From assembly GCA_044356325.1 (NCBI GenBank), contig JBIKWJ010000002.1:94327-158326 (forward strand): a stretch of 64,000 nt of DNA, written 5' to 3'. This stretch comes from Minisyncoccia bacterium. GTDB lineage: Bacteria; Patescibacteriota; Minisyncoccia; SW-4-49-11. Positions 48,308-58,665 of this stretch are shown one piece after another (the stretch's first letter is position 1; each line of letters starts with the position of its first letter). A program made the position numbers and the translations under genes. The notes under the pieces are model-generated. The model was not told the origin of the DNA and did not search any database. It worked only from the letters and a program-made list of their open reading frames with translations.

Positions 48308-49498
48308 TTAATAAGATGCTTCTAACCTAAAAATCTGGTCACTTTTATCAGTGGGATTACCTCTCCCATCTTGATTGGAGGTGCTAAAATAAATATAGTC
48401 ATCAGGTGAGACGGCTATCTCTCGAATTCTCCCCTCATTAATATTAAGTTTCTCATAAGATATTACTTTTTGGCGAGCTTCATCTAAATAGATCACAAAT
48501 ATCCCTTCTCCTCTTAAACCTCCAAAAAGAAAAGCATTTTTAAGTGTTGTGTATCTATCTCCAGTATAGAATACTCCTGAGGCTGGAGCTACTGCCGGGG
48601 TAAATACGAGTAAGGGGTCAACGGCTTCAGGGGTAGAGGCTGTATGAGAGACTTTAGGCCACCCATAGTCTTTACCAGGGAGAATGCGATTAAATTCATC
48701 TCCTCCAGCTGCTCCATCGAATAATGAAGGTCCATGCTCAGTAGAGAATAAAACTCCAGAAATTGGGTCAAAATCTATACCTTGCGGATTGCGATGCCCA
48801 TAAGAATAAATATAAGAATTACTAAAAGGATTATCCTCCGGAACACTTCCATCTTTATTCATCCTTAGAATTTTACCACCTAGTGAATTAAGATCTTGAG
48901 CAATTTCTTTTTTGGTGGAATCTCCAGTGGTCACATATAGTTTTTGGTCTGGACCAAATCGAAGCCTTGAACCCGCATGGAATTTGGCGGCTGGAATTTT
49001 GTCTAGGAGTATCTTAACCTCTTTAGCTTGATTATTGACATCTGTCAATCTTGCTACTTTTACAAACATCTGATTATTCTCTTCATAAGCAAGAGAAGTG
49101 TAAATATAGGGTGAATTGGGATAATCAGGATCCAGTACCATACCCATCAAACCTTCTTCATTAGTCGCACTAATTTCAGAAAATTTATAAAAATTAGGTT
49201 GAGGTTGAGAGTTTTTGTAATATAATATCTCACCCGATCTCTGAGCAATATACATACTATTCTCAGTCGGAAAAACAATACTCCAAGGCACATACAGATT
49301 AGAGGCTACCGCAGTATATTTATAATCTATACTTTTAGAAATAGTATTACTGTCAACTTCTAATTTAGCGCCAGTTTTAATTTGAGGAGATTGTAGAATA
49401 GCAGTATAATTAATCAAAAAAATTGCTAGAATAATTATAATAATCCCCAAAACTGAGAAAATAATTAGCTTTTTGGGTTTTATTTTGGATTTTTGCAT
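48308..49498 (-). CDS. PQQ-dependent sugar dehydrogenase (sGDH family)
   Basis: HAGSRLRFGPD, GKILR, YGHRNPQG, EHG, GRIR motifs. Confidence 0.9.
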   Translation of the reverse strand: MQKSKIKPKKLIIFSVLGIIIIILAIFLINYTAILQSPQIKTGAKLEVDSNTISKSIDYKYTAVASNLYVPWSIVFPTENSMYIAQRSGEILYYKNSQPQPNFYKFSEISATNEEGLMGMVLDPDYPNSPYIYTSLAYEENNQMFVKVARLTDVNNQAKEVKILLDKIPAAKFHAGSRLRFGPDQKLYVTTGDSTKKEIAQDLNSLGGKILRMNKDGSVPEDNPFSNSYIYSYGHRNPQGIDFDPISGVLFSTEHGPSLFDGAAGGDEFNRILPGKDYGWPKVSHTASTPEAVDPLLVFTPAVAPASGVFYTGDRYTTLKNAFLFGGLRGEGIFVIYLDEARQKVISYEKLNINEGRIREIAVSPDDYIYFSTSNQDGRGNPTDKSDQIFRLEASY

Positions 49499-49572
49499 AT
49501 TTTTATTAATTTACAACTATTCATATTATAGCATATAAATAGGGAAATTATAAAAAGTTGTATTACTAAAAG

Positions 49573-50589
49573 CTAAGCCTCTAAAACAGTATAAACTAAT
49601 TCCAAAGGATAATGTTTTTCTTGAATCTTGTTTATGATAGTTTGGATTTTGGACAGAATCTCGGTGTTTTCTTTCGGTATGGTGAATAATAATATAAATG
49701 GATTATCTTGATTGATATATTCACAACTAAATCCTTCAGAGCTAGAAGCTATATCTATTGCTAATTCAATATTTTGCATAATTTGGTTAGCAGTTTGTCC
49801 ACCGGCATAAATATTAAACATTGGAACTTCCAAATTTTCTTCTAATTCAGCGCCATTGAGTAGTGGGTTGAAGTTTACAATTGCTCCAAAAGCATGATGT
49901 AGATTTTTGGAATGTAATTCTTGAAAATGGAAGTGATGGGTTCTCACAGAGACTGGAGAATTTTGCTCTTGTAGTCTAGTGGTCAGAATACTAGCAAAAC
50001 CAGAAGCATATCGCTCACTGGCTGAATCTAGGACTTTATCTTGATTTTGGAATTTATCTAAAATTTTACTCAAAACTTGCTTAGAACTTTTGTTAGCTAG
50101 AGTATGAGCTACAGCTCCACAGTTGGAGTGAGATGAGACTACAATTTCCTCAATAGTAGAGTTTTCTTCACAAATAGCTAATAAATTATCTACCATTTGT
50201 AATTTTTCCTCAGTTGACATTAGGCATTCACAACCAGGAACTCCAAGAGATAAAGCATGATGAGAAGCGGTCAAATATTGAATTCGCTCATCAATACAGG
50301 GGAGCCAAATCATTTTAGGCCTCTTAACTAGACTATCATTTAGAATTTTATTTAAATGTAATTTGTATGTATATTCTGACTTATACTTTGTCCCATCAAG
50401 ATGTAGGAAACCCTTTACCCCTAAAATTTCAGATACGGGATTGCTATAAAGTAAATTATGATAAGTTTGAGCATATTTTGCCCACTCTACACTACGATAA
50501 GAATCACAGGAATTATCGATAGAATCTGCTGAAGATATAATTTGGGCTGGCAAACGAAGAAGTGTGCCAAGAGAAGATATTCTAGACAT
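49573..50589 (-). CDS. Hypothetical protein with a beta-carbonic-anhydrase-like Zn motif
   Basis: CIDERI and SHSNCGA. Confidence 0.6.
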   Translation of the reverse strand: MSRISSLGTLLRLPAQIISSADSIDNSCDSYRSVEWAKYAQTYHNLLYSNPVSEILGVKGFLHLDGTKYKSEYTYKLHLNKILNDSLVKRPKMIWLPCIDERIQYLTASHHALSLGVPGCECLMSTEEKLQMVDNLLAICEENSTIEEIVVSSHSNCGAVAHTLANKSSKQVLSKILDKFQNQDKVLDSASERYASGFASILTTRLQEQNSPVSVRTHHFHFQELHSKNLHHAFGAIVNFNPLLNGAELEENLEVPMFNIYAGGQTANQIMQNIELAIDIASSSEGFSCEYINQDNPFILLFTIPKENTEILSKIQTIINKIQEKHYPLELVYTVLEA

Positions 50590-50743
50590 AAATAAAAACA
50601 AATAATAGGACAAAGCCCAATACAAATAACAATTATTTTAAGACTTGTCTATTATAAACCTAAGAGGGGGTTTTTGTAAAGGGTATATATCAAAAAAATA
50701 ACAATATATATAAATAATGAAATATACGATATAATAAAGTCAT

Positions 50744-51376
50744 ATGAAGTATTTACTTATACATGGATACGGTATTGGTTTACAATACTCTTTTTTTAAA
50801 TCAGCAGAAGGAGAAAATGCTGGGTTTGGAGCTTTTGATGATTTGATTATAGCAGGTGAGGCGAAAGTTTTTCGTTGGGAAATAGCCCGTAAATTAAGTT
50901 TTAGGGAGTCAATAAACCTGAAACTCAATATAAAACAATATGATATTGAAATGTTAAAGACGGAGAATCAAGAAGTATATGATAGCTTACAAAAAGAATT
51001 AGAGTCAACAAAACCAGAAATAATAGTTTGTCATTCAGCAGGAAGTTCTTTGTTATTAAACTATCTTACCAATCATGTATTACCCTCTTGTGTGAAAAAA
51101 ATTGTATTTATTCAAAGTAATATTTCACGGAATAGGTTGTTCCCAGAATATTTACAAGCAAAGTTACAACAAAAAGAGATAAAATTGATAAATATGTACT
51201 GTTATTGGGATCAGGCTTTATGGTCTCTCATTTTGATTGGAAGACATATATCTATTGGATTACTCGGGAGTAAAAATACATATGTAAAAAACATATTCTT
51301 CCCCCTATACAAAACGTTAAATTTACATACATCATCAATTAATGATACAAAAATATTCCCGTTTATTGAGGAGTGA
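50744..51376 (+). CDS. Alpha/beta hydrolase-like protein
   Basis: LIHGY; CHSAG nucleophile elbow. Confidence 0.65.
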   Translation: MKYLLIHGYGIGLQYSFFKSAEGENAGFGAFDDLIIAGEAKVFRWEIARKLSFRESINLKLNIKQYDIEMLKTENQEVYDSLQKELESTKPEIIVCHSAGSSLLLNYLTNHVLPSCVKKIVFIQSNISRNRLFPEYLQAKLQQKEIKLINMYCYWDQALWSLILIGRHISIGLLGSKNTYVKNIFFPLYKTLNLHTSSINDTKIFPFIEE

Positions 51377-51433
51377 AATGCTTTACAGGAGACAATATAT
51401 AGCATATAATAGACAATATTTACTATATAAGAT

Positions 51434-52444
51434 ATGAGGGTATATCAATTTCTAGAGAAATTATTTGGTATGGTGGGGAATATAAAAATTCATCCAGTAG
51501 ATTTTAATTTACCTTGGTATAATATTTATAAGAGATATTGGTTGAGATTGGGGATATCTTTAATGGCAGAAGTTATAGTATGGGTATTTTTTACTACCCT
51601 ACCTTTGATTATAAATTATGCAATTAAAACTCAAAATATAACATTAGTGATATCTTTAGGAATTCTTTTTATAATGTTATCTATAATAGTTCAGACACAT
51701 ATGAGAAGCTATGTTTTGGCAGAAGCTGGTATTATGGGTAGTGTCTCAAATTCAGCTTATATATTCTTTGTCAAAGTTGACCCAATTCACCATAGTACTA
51801 GAGAGTCTGGTAAAGTTATTTCTAAAATCAATAGAGCCGTAGGTGCTTATGAAAACACCACTGATATACTAACCTTTAATTTACTACGATTTATAATTCA
51901 AATTATTGTAATTCTAGTCTCATTTATATATTATAACTTAACAATTGGTGTTATAGCTGCTGGAAGCTTAATAATAATGTTAACTATATCCACAATAAGT
52001 CAAATTTTTATAGCTAAAAAGGTAATCCCTAAAGATAATGATCAAGCAGATATACAATCTCAAGTTGAGGTAGAAAGTTTGCAACAAGTAGCTTTAATCA
52101 GGTCTAGCTTTGCTACTCCAGAACATATCGAGAAAATTAAAAATACTAATATTAGAACCGGAGAAGTACAAACAACAGTTTGGATGAGTTTTATCTCAAC
52201 AGCTTTTATTCCAAGAGTTTTATACGGGATATTCTTTATGGGCATATCTCTACTTATTTTAAATCTGGTTAAGATAGGAGACTTAGATGTAATTACAGCT
52301 ATTGCTTTAATTACTATGTATATCTCAACTTATAGTATTGTATTGGCGGGTAGAGATGTTGAAAGGTTGGTTTCTAATATAGAAAAAATCAAAAACCTAT
52401 ACACCTATATTCGAGAATATGGAGATTCTAGTTATCCAGTTTAA
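51434..52444 (+). CDS. ABC exporter transmembrane domain
   Basis: About 6 TM; HHSTRESGKVISKINR coupling-helix-like segment. Confidence 0.75.
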   Translation: MRVYQFLEKLFGMVGNIKIHPVDFNLPWYNIYKRYWLRLGISLMAEVIVWVFFTTLPLIINYAIKTQNITLVISLGILFIMLSIIVQTHMRSYVLAEAGIMGSVSNSAYIFFVKVDPIHHSTRESGKVISKINRAVGAYENTTDILTFNLLRFIIQIIVILVSFIYYNLTIGVIAAGSLIIMLTISTISQIFIAKKVIPKDNDQADIQSQVEVESLQQVALIRSSFATPEHIEKIKNTNIRTGEVQTTVWMSFISTAFIPRVLYGIFFMGISLLILNLVKIGDLDVITAIALITMYISTYSIVLAGRDVERLVSNIEKIKNLYTYIREYGDSSYPV

Positions 52445-52453
52445 GATAAAAAT

Positions 52454-53230
52454 ATGCATTCAATTCACGTAAAAAAATTATATTATTCCTATGAGAAGAC
52501 AAAAGTATTTCAAAATAATACTCTTGTTTTAGAAGTGACTCAAAGTCAGAAAAATAAATTATATGGAATTATTGGACCCTCTGGAACAGGTAAAACTACA
52601 TTATTATCCATATTAGGGGGGCAATTAAAGCCACAAAAAGGAGCGGTATATATTGATGATATTAATATATATAAAGTAGGGGATAAAGAAAGGCGCAATA
52701 TCATAGCCGTCCAAATGCAAACAGCTACCGCTCTTCGGGGTACTTTGCGAGAGAATTTAGTTTTTGGAATTCAAGAAGATGAGGTCTTAAATAAAGATGA
52801 GTATTTGATTGATGTCTTGAGGCGAGTGGGCTTATGGAGCCTTTTTGAGAATAAAGATGGTCTTGCCACACTTATTGGAGAGGGTGGTGTTAATTTGTCT
52901 GGAGGTCAAAGACAAAGATTAAATTTTGCAGGATTATATTTGAGAGCAAAACATTATAAACCAAGTTTAATCCTAATAGATGAGCCAACTTCCTCGCTAG
53001 ATGAAATTAGCGAGCAGGCAATTACTCAAATGATAGATGAATTATCTCAATCTTCTATTACTTTTGTAGTAGCTCATAGACTCAAAACTCTAGACCAAGC
53101 TGTGGGAATATTAGATACATCGCTAATCTCATCTTATCCAGAATTAAAATTTCATATCAAAGATGAATTGATGACAGTCTCCCAATATTACAGGGACCTA
53201 AAGGCTGGTAAAGCCCAGCTGGAGGAGTAA
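52454..53230 (+). CDS. ABC transporter ATP-binding protein
   Basis: GPSGTGKT, LSGGQRQR, DEPTSSLD, AHRL motifs. Confidence 0.92.
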   Translation: MHSIHVKKLYYSYEKTKVFQNNTLVLEVTQSQKNKLYGIIGPSGTGKTTLLSILGGQLKPQKGAVYIDDINIYKVGDKERRNIIAVQMQTATALRGTLRENLVFGIQEDEVLNKDEYLIDVLRRVGLWSLFENKDGLATLIGEGGVNLSGGQRQRLNFAGLYLRAKHYKPSLILIDEPTSSLDEISEQAITQMIDELSQSSITFVVAHRLKTLDQAVGILDTSLISSYPELKFHIKDELMTVSQYYRDLKAGKAQLEE

Positions 53231-56200
53231 TTATTCCTGATTATTGAGAATATATTTTATTCTCGATATAAGCTCTTCAGAATACTGGACACTAAAATTA
53301 GTGGATTTTATTTGTATATTGGGGGTATTATAATTAGCAACCAGATATACTGGGCAATTACCTCGAGGTTCTCGATTTAATATGTCTCTTGCTTTTTCCA
53401 AGGAATCTTTAGAGGTATGTGGGGGGATAATAATATTAACACCTACAATTTCCTGTCCTTCAGGAGTTGTGGGGATAGTATTTGGTATACTCTCATCAGG
53501 CTCGGGTATACTAGCTCCAATATCCTCAACCGAATTACCATTATCTTTCTTTTCTTTTGTGGTAATCCAAGTATTTATATCAGTATCAGAGAGAGATTTG
53601 ACCTCTGATACAATAAACTGAGAACTTCCATCTTTATCTTGGCGCTTTCCTTTGAGAGCAAAACCTTTACCTGGAGTAATGGCATCAGATATAGGTCCAT
53701 AAATACTTGGGAATATAATAGCCTCAATACTATCATTATAATCTTCTAGTGTTACAAATGCCATTTTGGAGCCACTTTTCGTCATAATAATTTTATTTTC
53801 TTTGATGATACCAGCTAAAATCATCCCAGTTTTTCTCTTGGACTCTTTAAGTTCTTTTATACTTGGAAATGCTAAATCCTCAATAATGGTTTTATACTCA
53901 TCGATTGGATGAGCTGAAATCCATAAACCAAGATAATGATTTTCTAATTCCAAAATTTGATTTAATTGTTCTGTTGGAGAAATCGGGCTATCTACTAAAT
54001 CTAATACAGGTGAAGTAGGGGTAGTATTTCCAAATAAAGAATTGGTTGGGACTATGGTATTAATATCAGAAAGTTTTTTGATATATAAACTAATAGTATC
54101 GATATTTGTGATAAGTATATGTCTTTTCTCTAATTCATCTAAAGCCCCTCCTTTGATTAAGGCTTCTAAATTTTTCTTATTTAATTCTTTTGCTGGTATT
54201 CTTTTGAAAAAATCTTCTAAAGAGCTAAAGGGCCCATTATTTATTCGCTCAGTTTCAATATATTCTGCCAAATGTGAACTCATATTCTTGATACTACCAA
54301 GACCATAGAAAATTGTAGAGTCACTTCCAGAAAATTGAGCTCTACTCTTATTGATATGAGGAGCTTGAATCTTAAGACCTAATTGTCGAGATTCTGTAAT
54401 ATCAATAGCAATACGTGTCATATCCTTGGCATCACTATTGAGGAGAGCTACCATAAATTGTAGAGGATAATGTGCTTTGAGATAGGCGGTCTGATAGGCG
54501 ATAAAGGCATAACAAGCGGCATGAGACTTGTTAAATCCATAATCTCCAAAAGGTTCAATTAATTCCCATAACTTTTCTCCAACTTGTCTCTCTATACCTT
54601 GTTTAACAGTACCTTCAATAATATTGGTTTTTTGCTCATCCATTAACTCTTTAATCTTTTTTCCCACAGCTTTACGCAAAGTATCGGCTTCTGGTAGCGA
54701 AAATCCTGCTACTGCTTGGGAGGCTTGCATCAGCTGCTCTTGGTAAATCATAATTCCATAAGTTGGTTTCAAAATAGGCTCCAGATTAGGGTGTAAATAA
54801 GAAACCTCCTCCTTTCCATGTTTACGAGCTATATAGGTAGGAATAAGCTCCATAGGACCAGGTCTATATAGAGAAACCATAGCAATAAGATCATTAAAGT
54901 CTGATGGTTTTAATCCAATAAGAGCTTTTTTCATTCCCTGAGATTCGAATTGGAATACCCCAGTGGTTTGTCCTTTTTGGAATAATTTATAGGTTAGTGT
55001 ATCTTTGATGGGAAGATTATTGATATCAATAATAGTTCCTGTTTGAGATTGTATTAACTCAAGAGTAGATTCAATAATGGAGAGATTAGATAATCCCAAA
55101 AAATCCATTTTAAGAAGTCCTAAATCTTCAATAGCATGCATTTCATATTGAGTAGTAATAGATGTTTTTCCTCCAGATTCAGAAATTTGTAGGGGAGTAT
55201 AGGATGTTAGTTTTTTGGGAGATATCACCACAGCACAAGCATGTGTAGAAGTATGCCTCACCGACCCTTCTAATTCTTGAGCAGCATCAATAAGAGTTGT
55301 TACCTTTTCTTCTTGCTCATAGCGAGCTTTGAGTTCTCGAGAATTAGCTATAGATTTAGCAATAGTTTTTTGTTCGATAAGCTTTGCAATAGAATCACAT
55401 AATCCATAAGAATACCCGAGAGCCCTCCCTGTATCTCGAATCGCGGCTTTGGCTGCCATTGTCCCAAAAGTACAAATTTGAGCCACATGATCTTGCCCAT
55501 ATTTTTGAGCTACATATTGCAATACTAATTCTCTCTTATTATCCTGAAAGTCAATATCGATATCGGGCATAGATACACGGGCAGGATTCAAAAATCGCTC
55601 AAACAAAAGCTGATATTCTAGAGGGTCAAGATCGGTTATAGCAAGTAAATAAGCAACCAAACTTCCAGCCGCAGAACCTCTACCCGGCCCTACCAATATG
55701 TTATTACTTTTAGCCCAATTAATAAAATCAGATACAATAAGAAAATAATCAATATATCCAGCAGTTTTTATAACACCAAATTCATATTCGAGACGCTCTC
55801 GTATAGGTGTCTGATCTTTTCCAGGATATCGTTTTACTATTCCATCTTCACAAAGATGCCGAAGATAATTTTCATTTGACAATTTTTCTCCTGACTCAAG
55901 GGCGGGCACTTCAAAGGCAGGAAGTTGAATTTGATACAGAGGAATTTCTACATTACATATATCAGCAATAGTTCTGGTATTATGAATAGCCTCTTCTGGA
56001 ATATTAAGTTCTTGAGCTAAAGTATATATTTCCTCGGCTGATTTGAAAGAATAATCTTCATAGGCAAAGCTAATACGATCAGGATTTTGAATATTTGTTT
56101 TATACTTAATGGCAAGCATAATATCATGAGCTGTTTTTTGCTCAGGAGTGAGATACATACTTTGAGCTGTTAGAACAAGAGGAATTTGAGCAGATACCCC

Positions 56201-56749
56201 GAGCTCAGTTAATAGGGTATTTGCTTTTAATTGGTCAAGGGTATTGATAAATGGTAAAATTTCAAAATAAAGGTTTTCTTTAAAAATATCTTTATAAGAT
56301 TTTACCCAAGCTGAAACTTTGGAAGGGGTATGAATAAGATAAGAGGCGATTTCCCCAGTATAATTACCAGTAAGACAAATAATATCACCAGAATATTGGG
56401 ATAATTCCTCAAAAGAAACATATTTATGAGTATTAAGACGAACCAGAGAGGCAAGCTCAATTAAATTCATATATCCAATATAGGATTTAGCAAGTAGGGT
56501 TAGGGAATAGCTTTTATTATCTCCTGCATCAAAACTTCCAACAGATAGACATATTCCTAATATTGGTTTTATATTAGCTTTTTTTGCTTTTTCATAAAAC
56601 TCAATAGCCCCAAACATATTATCCTTATCGGCAAGGGTTATGGTATTAAATTCCAATAATTGAGCCCTTGCAATAATAGCATCAATGGAACCAATGGCCT
56701 CGAGTATGCTGTAATGAGAGCGAGTATTGAGATGGACAAATTCTTGCAT
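53231..56749 (-). CDS. dnaE: DNA polymerase III alpha subunit
   Basis: PHP domain; GPGRGSAAGS, MPDIDIDF, KMDFLGL, YGFNKSH motifs. Confidence 0.98.
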   Translation of the reverse strand: MQEFVHLNTRSHYSILEAIGSIDAIIARAQLLEFNTITLADKDNMFGAIEFYEKAKKANIKPILGICLSVGSFDAGDNKSYSLTLLAKSYIGYMNLIELASLVRLNTHKYVSFEELSQYSGDIICLTGNYTGEIASYLIHTPSKVSAWVKSYKDIFKENLYFEILPFINTLDQLKANTLLTELGVSAQIPLVLTAQSMYLTPEQKTAHDIMLAIKYKTNIQNPDRISFAYEDYSFKSAEEIYTLAQELNIPEEAIHNTRTIADICNVEIPLYQIQLPAFEVPALESGEKLSNENYLRHLCEDGIVKRYPGKDQTPIRERLEYEFGVIKTAGYIDYFLIVSDFINWAKSNNILVGPGRGSAAGSLVAYLLAITDLDPLEYQLLFERFLNPARVSMPDIDIDFQDNKRELVLQYVAQKYGQDHVAQICTFGTMAAKAAIRDTGRALGYSYGLCDSIAKLIEQKTIAKSIANSRELKARYEQEEKVTTLIDAAQELEGSVRHTSTHACAVVISPKKLTSYTPLQISESGGKTSITTQYEMHAIEDLGLLKMDFLGLSNLSIIESTLELIQSQTGTIIDINNLPIKDTLTYKLFQKGQTTGVFQFESQGMKKALIGLKPSDFNDLIAMVSLYRPGPMELIPTYIARKHGKEEVSYLHPNLEPILKPTYGIMIYQEQLMQASQAVAGFSLPEADTLRKAVGKKIKELMDEQKTNIIEGTVKQGIERQVGEKLWELIEPFGDYGFNKSHAACYAFIAYQTAYLKAHYPLQFMVALLNSDAKDMTRIAIDITESRQLGLKIQAPHINKSRAQFSGSDSTIFYGLGSIKNMSSHLAEYIETERINNGPFSSLEDFFKRIPAKELNKKNLEALIKGGALDELEKRHILITNIDTISLYIKKLSDINTIVPTNSLFGNTTPTSPVLDLVDSPISPTEQLNQILELENHYLGLWISAHPIDEYKTIIEDLAFPSIKELKESKRKTGMILAGIIKENKIIMTKSGSKMAFVTLEDYNDSIEAIIFPSIYGPISDAITPGKGFALKGKRQDKDGSSQFIVSEVKSLSDTDINTWITTKEKKDNGNSVEDIGASIPEPDESIPNTIPTTPEGQEIVGVNIIIPPHTSKDSLEKARDILNREPRGNCPVYLVANYNTPNIQIKSTNFSVQYSEELISRIKYILNNQE

Positions 56750-56821
56750 AGCGGAAATTTTCTTATTATGTATAGTATATCATAGAATAGAGTTTATGAG
56801 GTTTATGATATAATGGTATAT

Positions 56822-57490
56822 ATGAATATACAAACATTTCGTACAGAAAAAGAATGGCTTAAGGCAAGTGTTAATTGGATTCAAGAAAATCTCAGCATTC
56901 GTATTCAAGAACATCAAATAACCTCTTTAGCTGTATCAGGAGGCACTACTCCATTTCCTATTTATGAAGCTTTAGCTCGACAAGCTATTCAATGGGATAA
57001 AGTAAATCTTGTGGAGGTAGATGAGAGATATGTACCGGAAAACACAGATGATTCAAATTGGAAAAGTATACAAAAAAGTTTTCAAACAATAAAGCCACAC
57101 CATATCATACGATTTCAATATCGGGATACTATTGAGCAATCATTAATTGAATTAGAACAGCAATTACCCACTCAATTGGGAGTAACAATATTAGGAATGG
57201 GATTAGATGGGCATTTTGCATCACTTTTTGCAGGAGGGGAATATTGGGATAATATATCCAATAATAAAGCTCTGATAACAGATGCTCCTGATAATTATAT
57301 AACTCAGGAGAGATTAAGTCTTAGTCCTGAATATATATTTAATTCGGAGTCTATAATTGTATTATTAAAAGGAGAAGACAAATATAATTATCTGATTAAT
57401 TCTCTCAATCAAAATCATATACCTAAAGAATTCCCTTTACAATATATTGTAGAACATCCTAATTTAGTCATATATTGCTATTTAGATTGA
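56822..57490 (+). CDS. pgl: 6-phosphogluconolactonase
   Basis: SGGTTP, VDERYVP, LGMGLDGHFASLF motifs. Confidence 0.88.
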   Translation: MNIQTFRTEKEWLKASVNWIQENLSIRIQEHQITSLAVSGGTTPFPIYEALARQAIQWDKVNLVEVDERYVPENTDDSNWKSIQKSFQTIKPHHIIRFQYRDTIEQSLIELEQQLPTQLGVTILGMGLDGHFASLFAGGEYWDNISNNKALITDAPDNYITQERLSLSPEYIFNSESIIVLLKGEDKYNYLINSLNQNHIPKEFPLQYIVEHPNLVIYCYLD

Positions 57491-57522
57491 TATGTTATAC
57501 TAAAAACAGATAAAAAAATACA

Positions 57523-58665
57523 ATGACAAAAAACATAAAACAATATCAGTTTATTAGAGCTGTAGCAATATTATCGGGTACTATTATTGGTGCTGGAACC
57601 CTTGCTATTCCTTATACCATTTATTATGCTGGGTATTGGTTAGGAATATTATATTTAGTGATATTGGGAGTTGTAATGTTGACATTACATTTGATGTTGG
57701 GTGAAGTGAGTTTGAGAACAAAAGGAATTGTACAAGTACCAGAGCTTATAAAAAAATACCTTGGCAAAAAAGGATATTTATTAGCTGTGCTCTCAACAAT
57801 ATTTATCATATATGGCGCGATGACAGCTTATATTAGAGCTGCGGGAGATATAGTGAATGCTGTAATTCCATCGAATTCCTTTGCATGGTCAATTGTATTT
57901 TTTAGTATTGGAAGTTATTTGATTATAAAGGGCTTAAAAGTAGTAAGTAAATGGGAATTGGTATTTGGTATAGGTATGCTCCTTATTATTATGACTATAT
58001 GGCTAAAAGCTATGTATACGCAAAGTATTGATTGGTCTCAATTTTCTATTAATCCAAGTGTTTCATTTTCTCATGCCATTGCTCCCTATGGGATAATATT
58101 ATTTTCCTATTTTGGGCTTATTAGTGTACCACAGCTGAAAAAAATATTGGGAAAACAAAGTGTCAAAATGAAGTCGGCTATACAACTTGGGGTATTGATA
58201 CCAGTTTTAGTCTATAGTGTATTTGTAACCCTGGTAATAGGAGTGGCGGGATCAGATATTACGAAAGTTGCTACTATAGCCCTTGGAGCAAAAATGGGGC
58301 CACAGGTACTTGGCATTATTACGGTATTTGCATTATTAGCTATGATAACATCATATATCGCTATGGGTATAGCCCTTATAGATTCTTATATTTCTTTTGG
58401 AAATATATCGAGATTGACGGCTACTATTATTACAGTAATACCACCTATAGCTATACTTACTTTAGATTGGGTTGAATTTGATACTATTATTGGCTATGTA
58501 GGAGGAATAGGAATTGGTATATTATCTATTCTTATTGTATTAATGTTTTGGCGGTCAAAAGTTACCGGTAAAATAAACCCGGCTTATAGCTTGGGGCATT
58601 TGAAATGGGTTGGTATAGGTATGATTGTTATATTTAGTTTTGGAATACTTAGTTTATTCCTGTAA
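57523..58665 (+). CDS. Aromatic amino acid permease family transporter
   Basis: GTIIGAGTLAIP; multi-TM. Confidence 0.82.
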   Translation: MTKNIKQYQFIRAVAILSGTIIGAGTLAIPYTIYYAGYWLGILYLVILGVVMLTLHLMLGEVSLRTKGIVQVPELIKKYLGKKGYLLAVLSTIFIIYGAMTAYIRAAGDIVNAVIPSNSFAWSIVFFSIGSYLIIKGLKVVSKWELVFGIGMLLIIMTIWLKAMYTQSIDWSQFSINPSVSFSHAIAPYGIILFSYFGLISVPQLKKILGKQSVKMKSAIQLGVLIPVLVYSVFVTLVIGVAGSDITKVATIALGAKMGPQVLGIITVFALLAMITSYIAMGIALIDSYISFGNISRLTATIITVIPPIAILTLDWVEFDTIIGYVGGIGIGILSILIVLMFWRSKVTGKINPAYSLGHLKWVGIGMIVIFSFGILSLFL

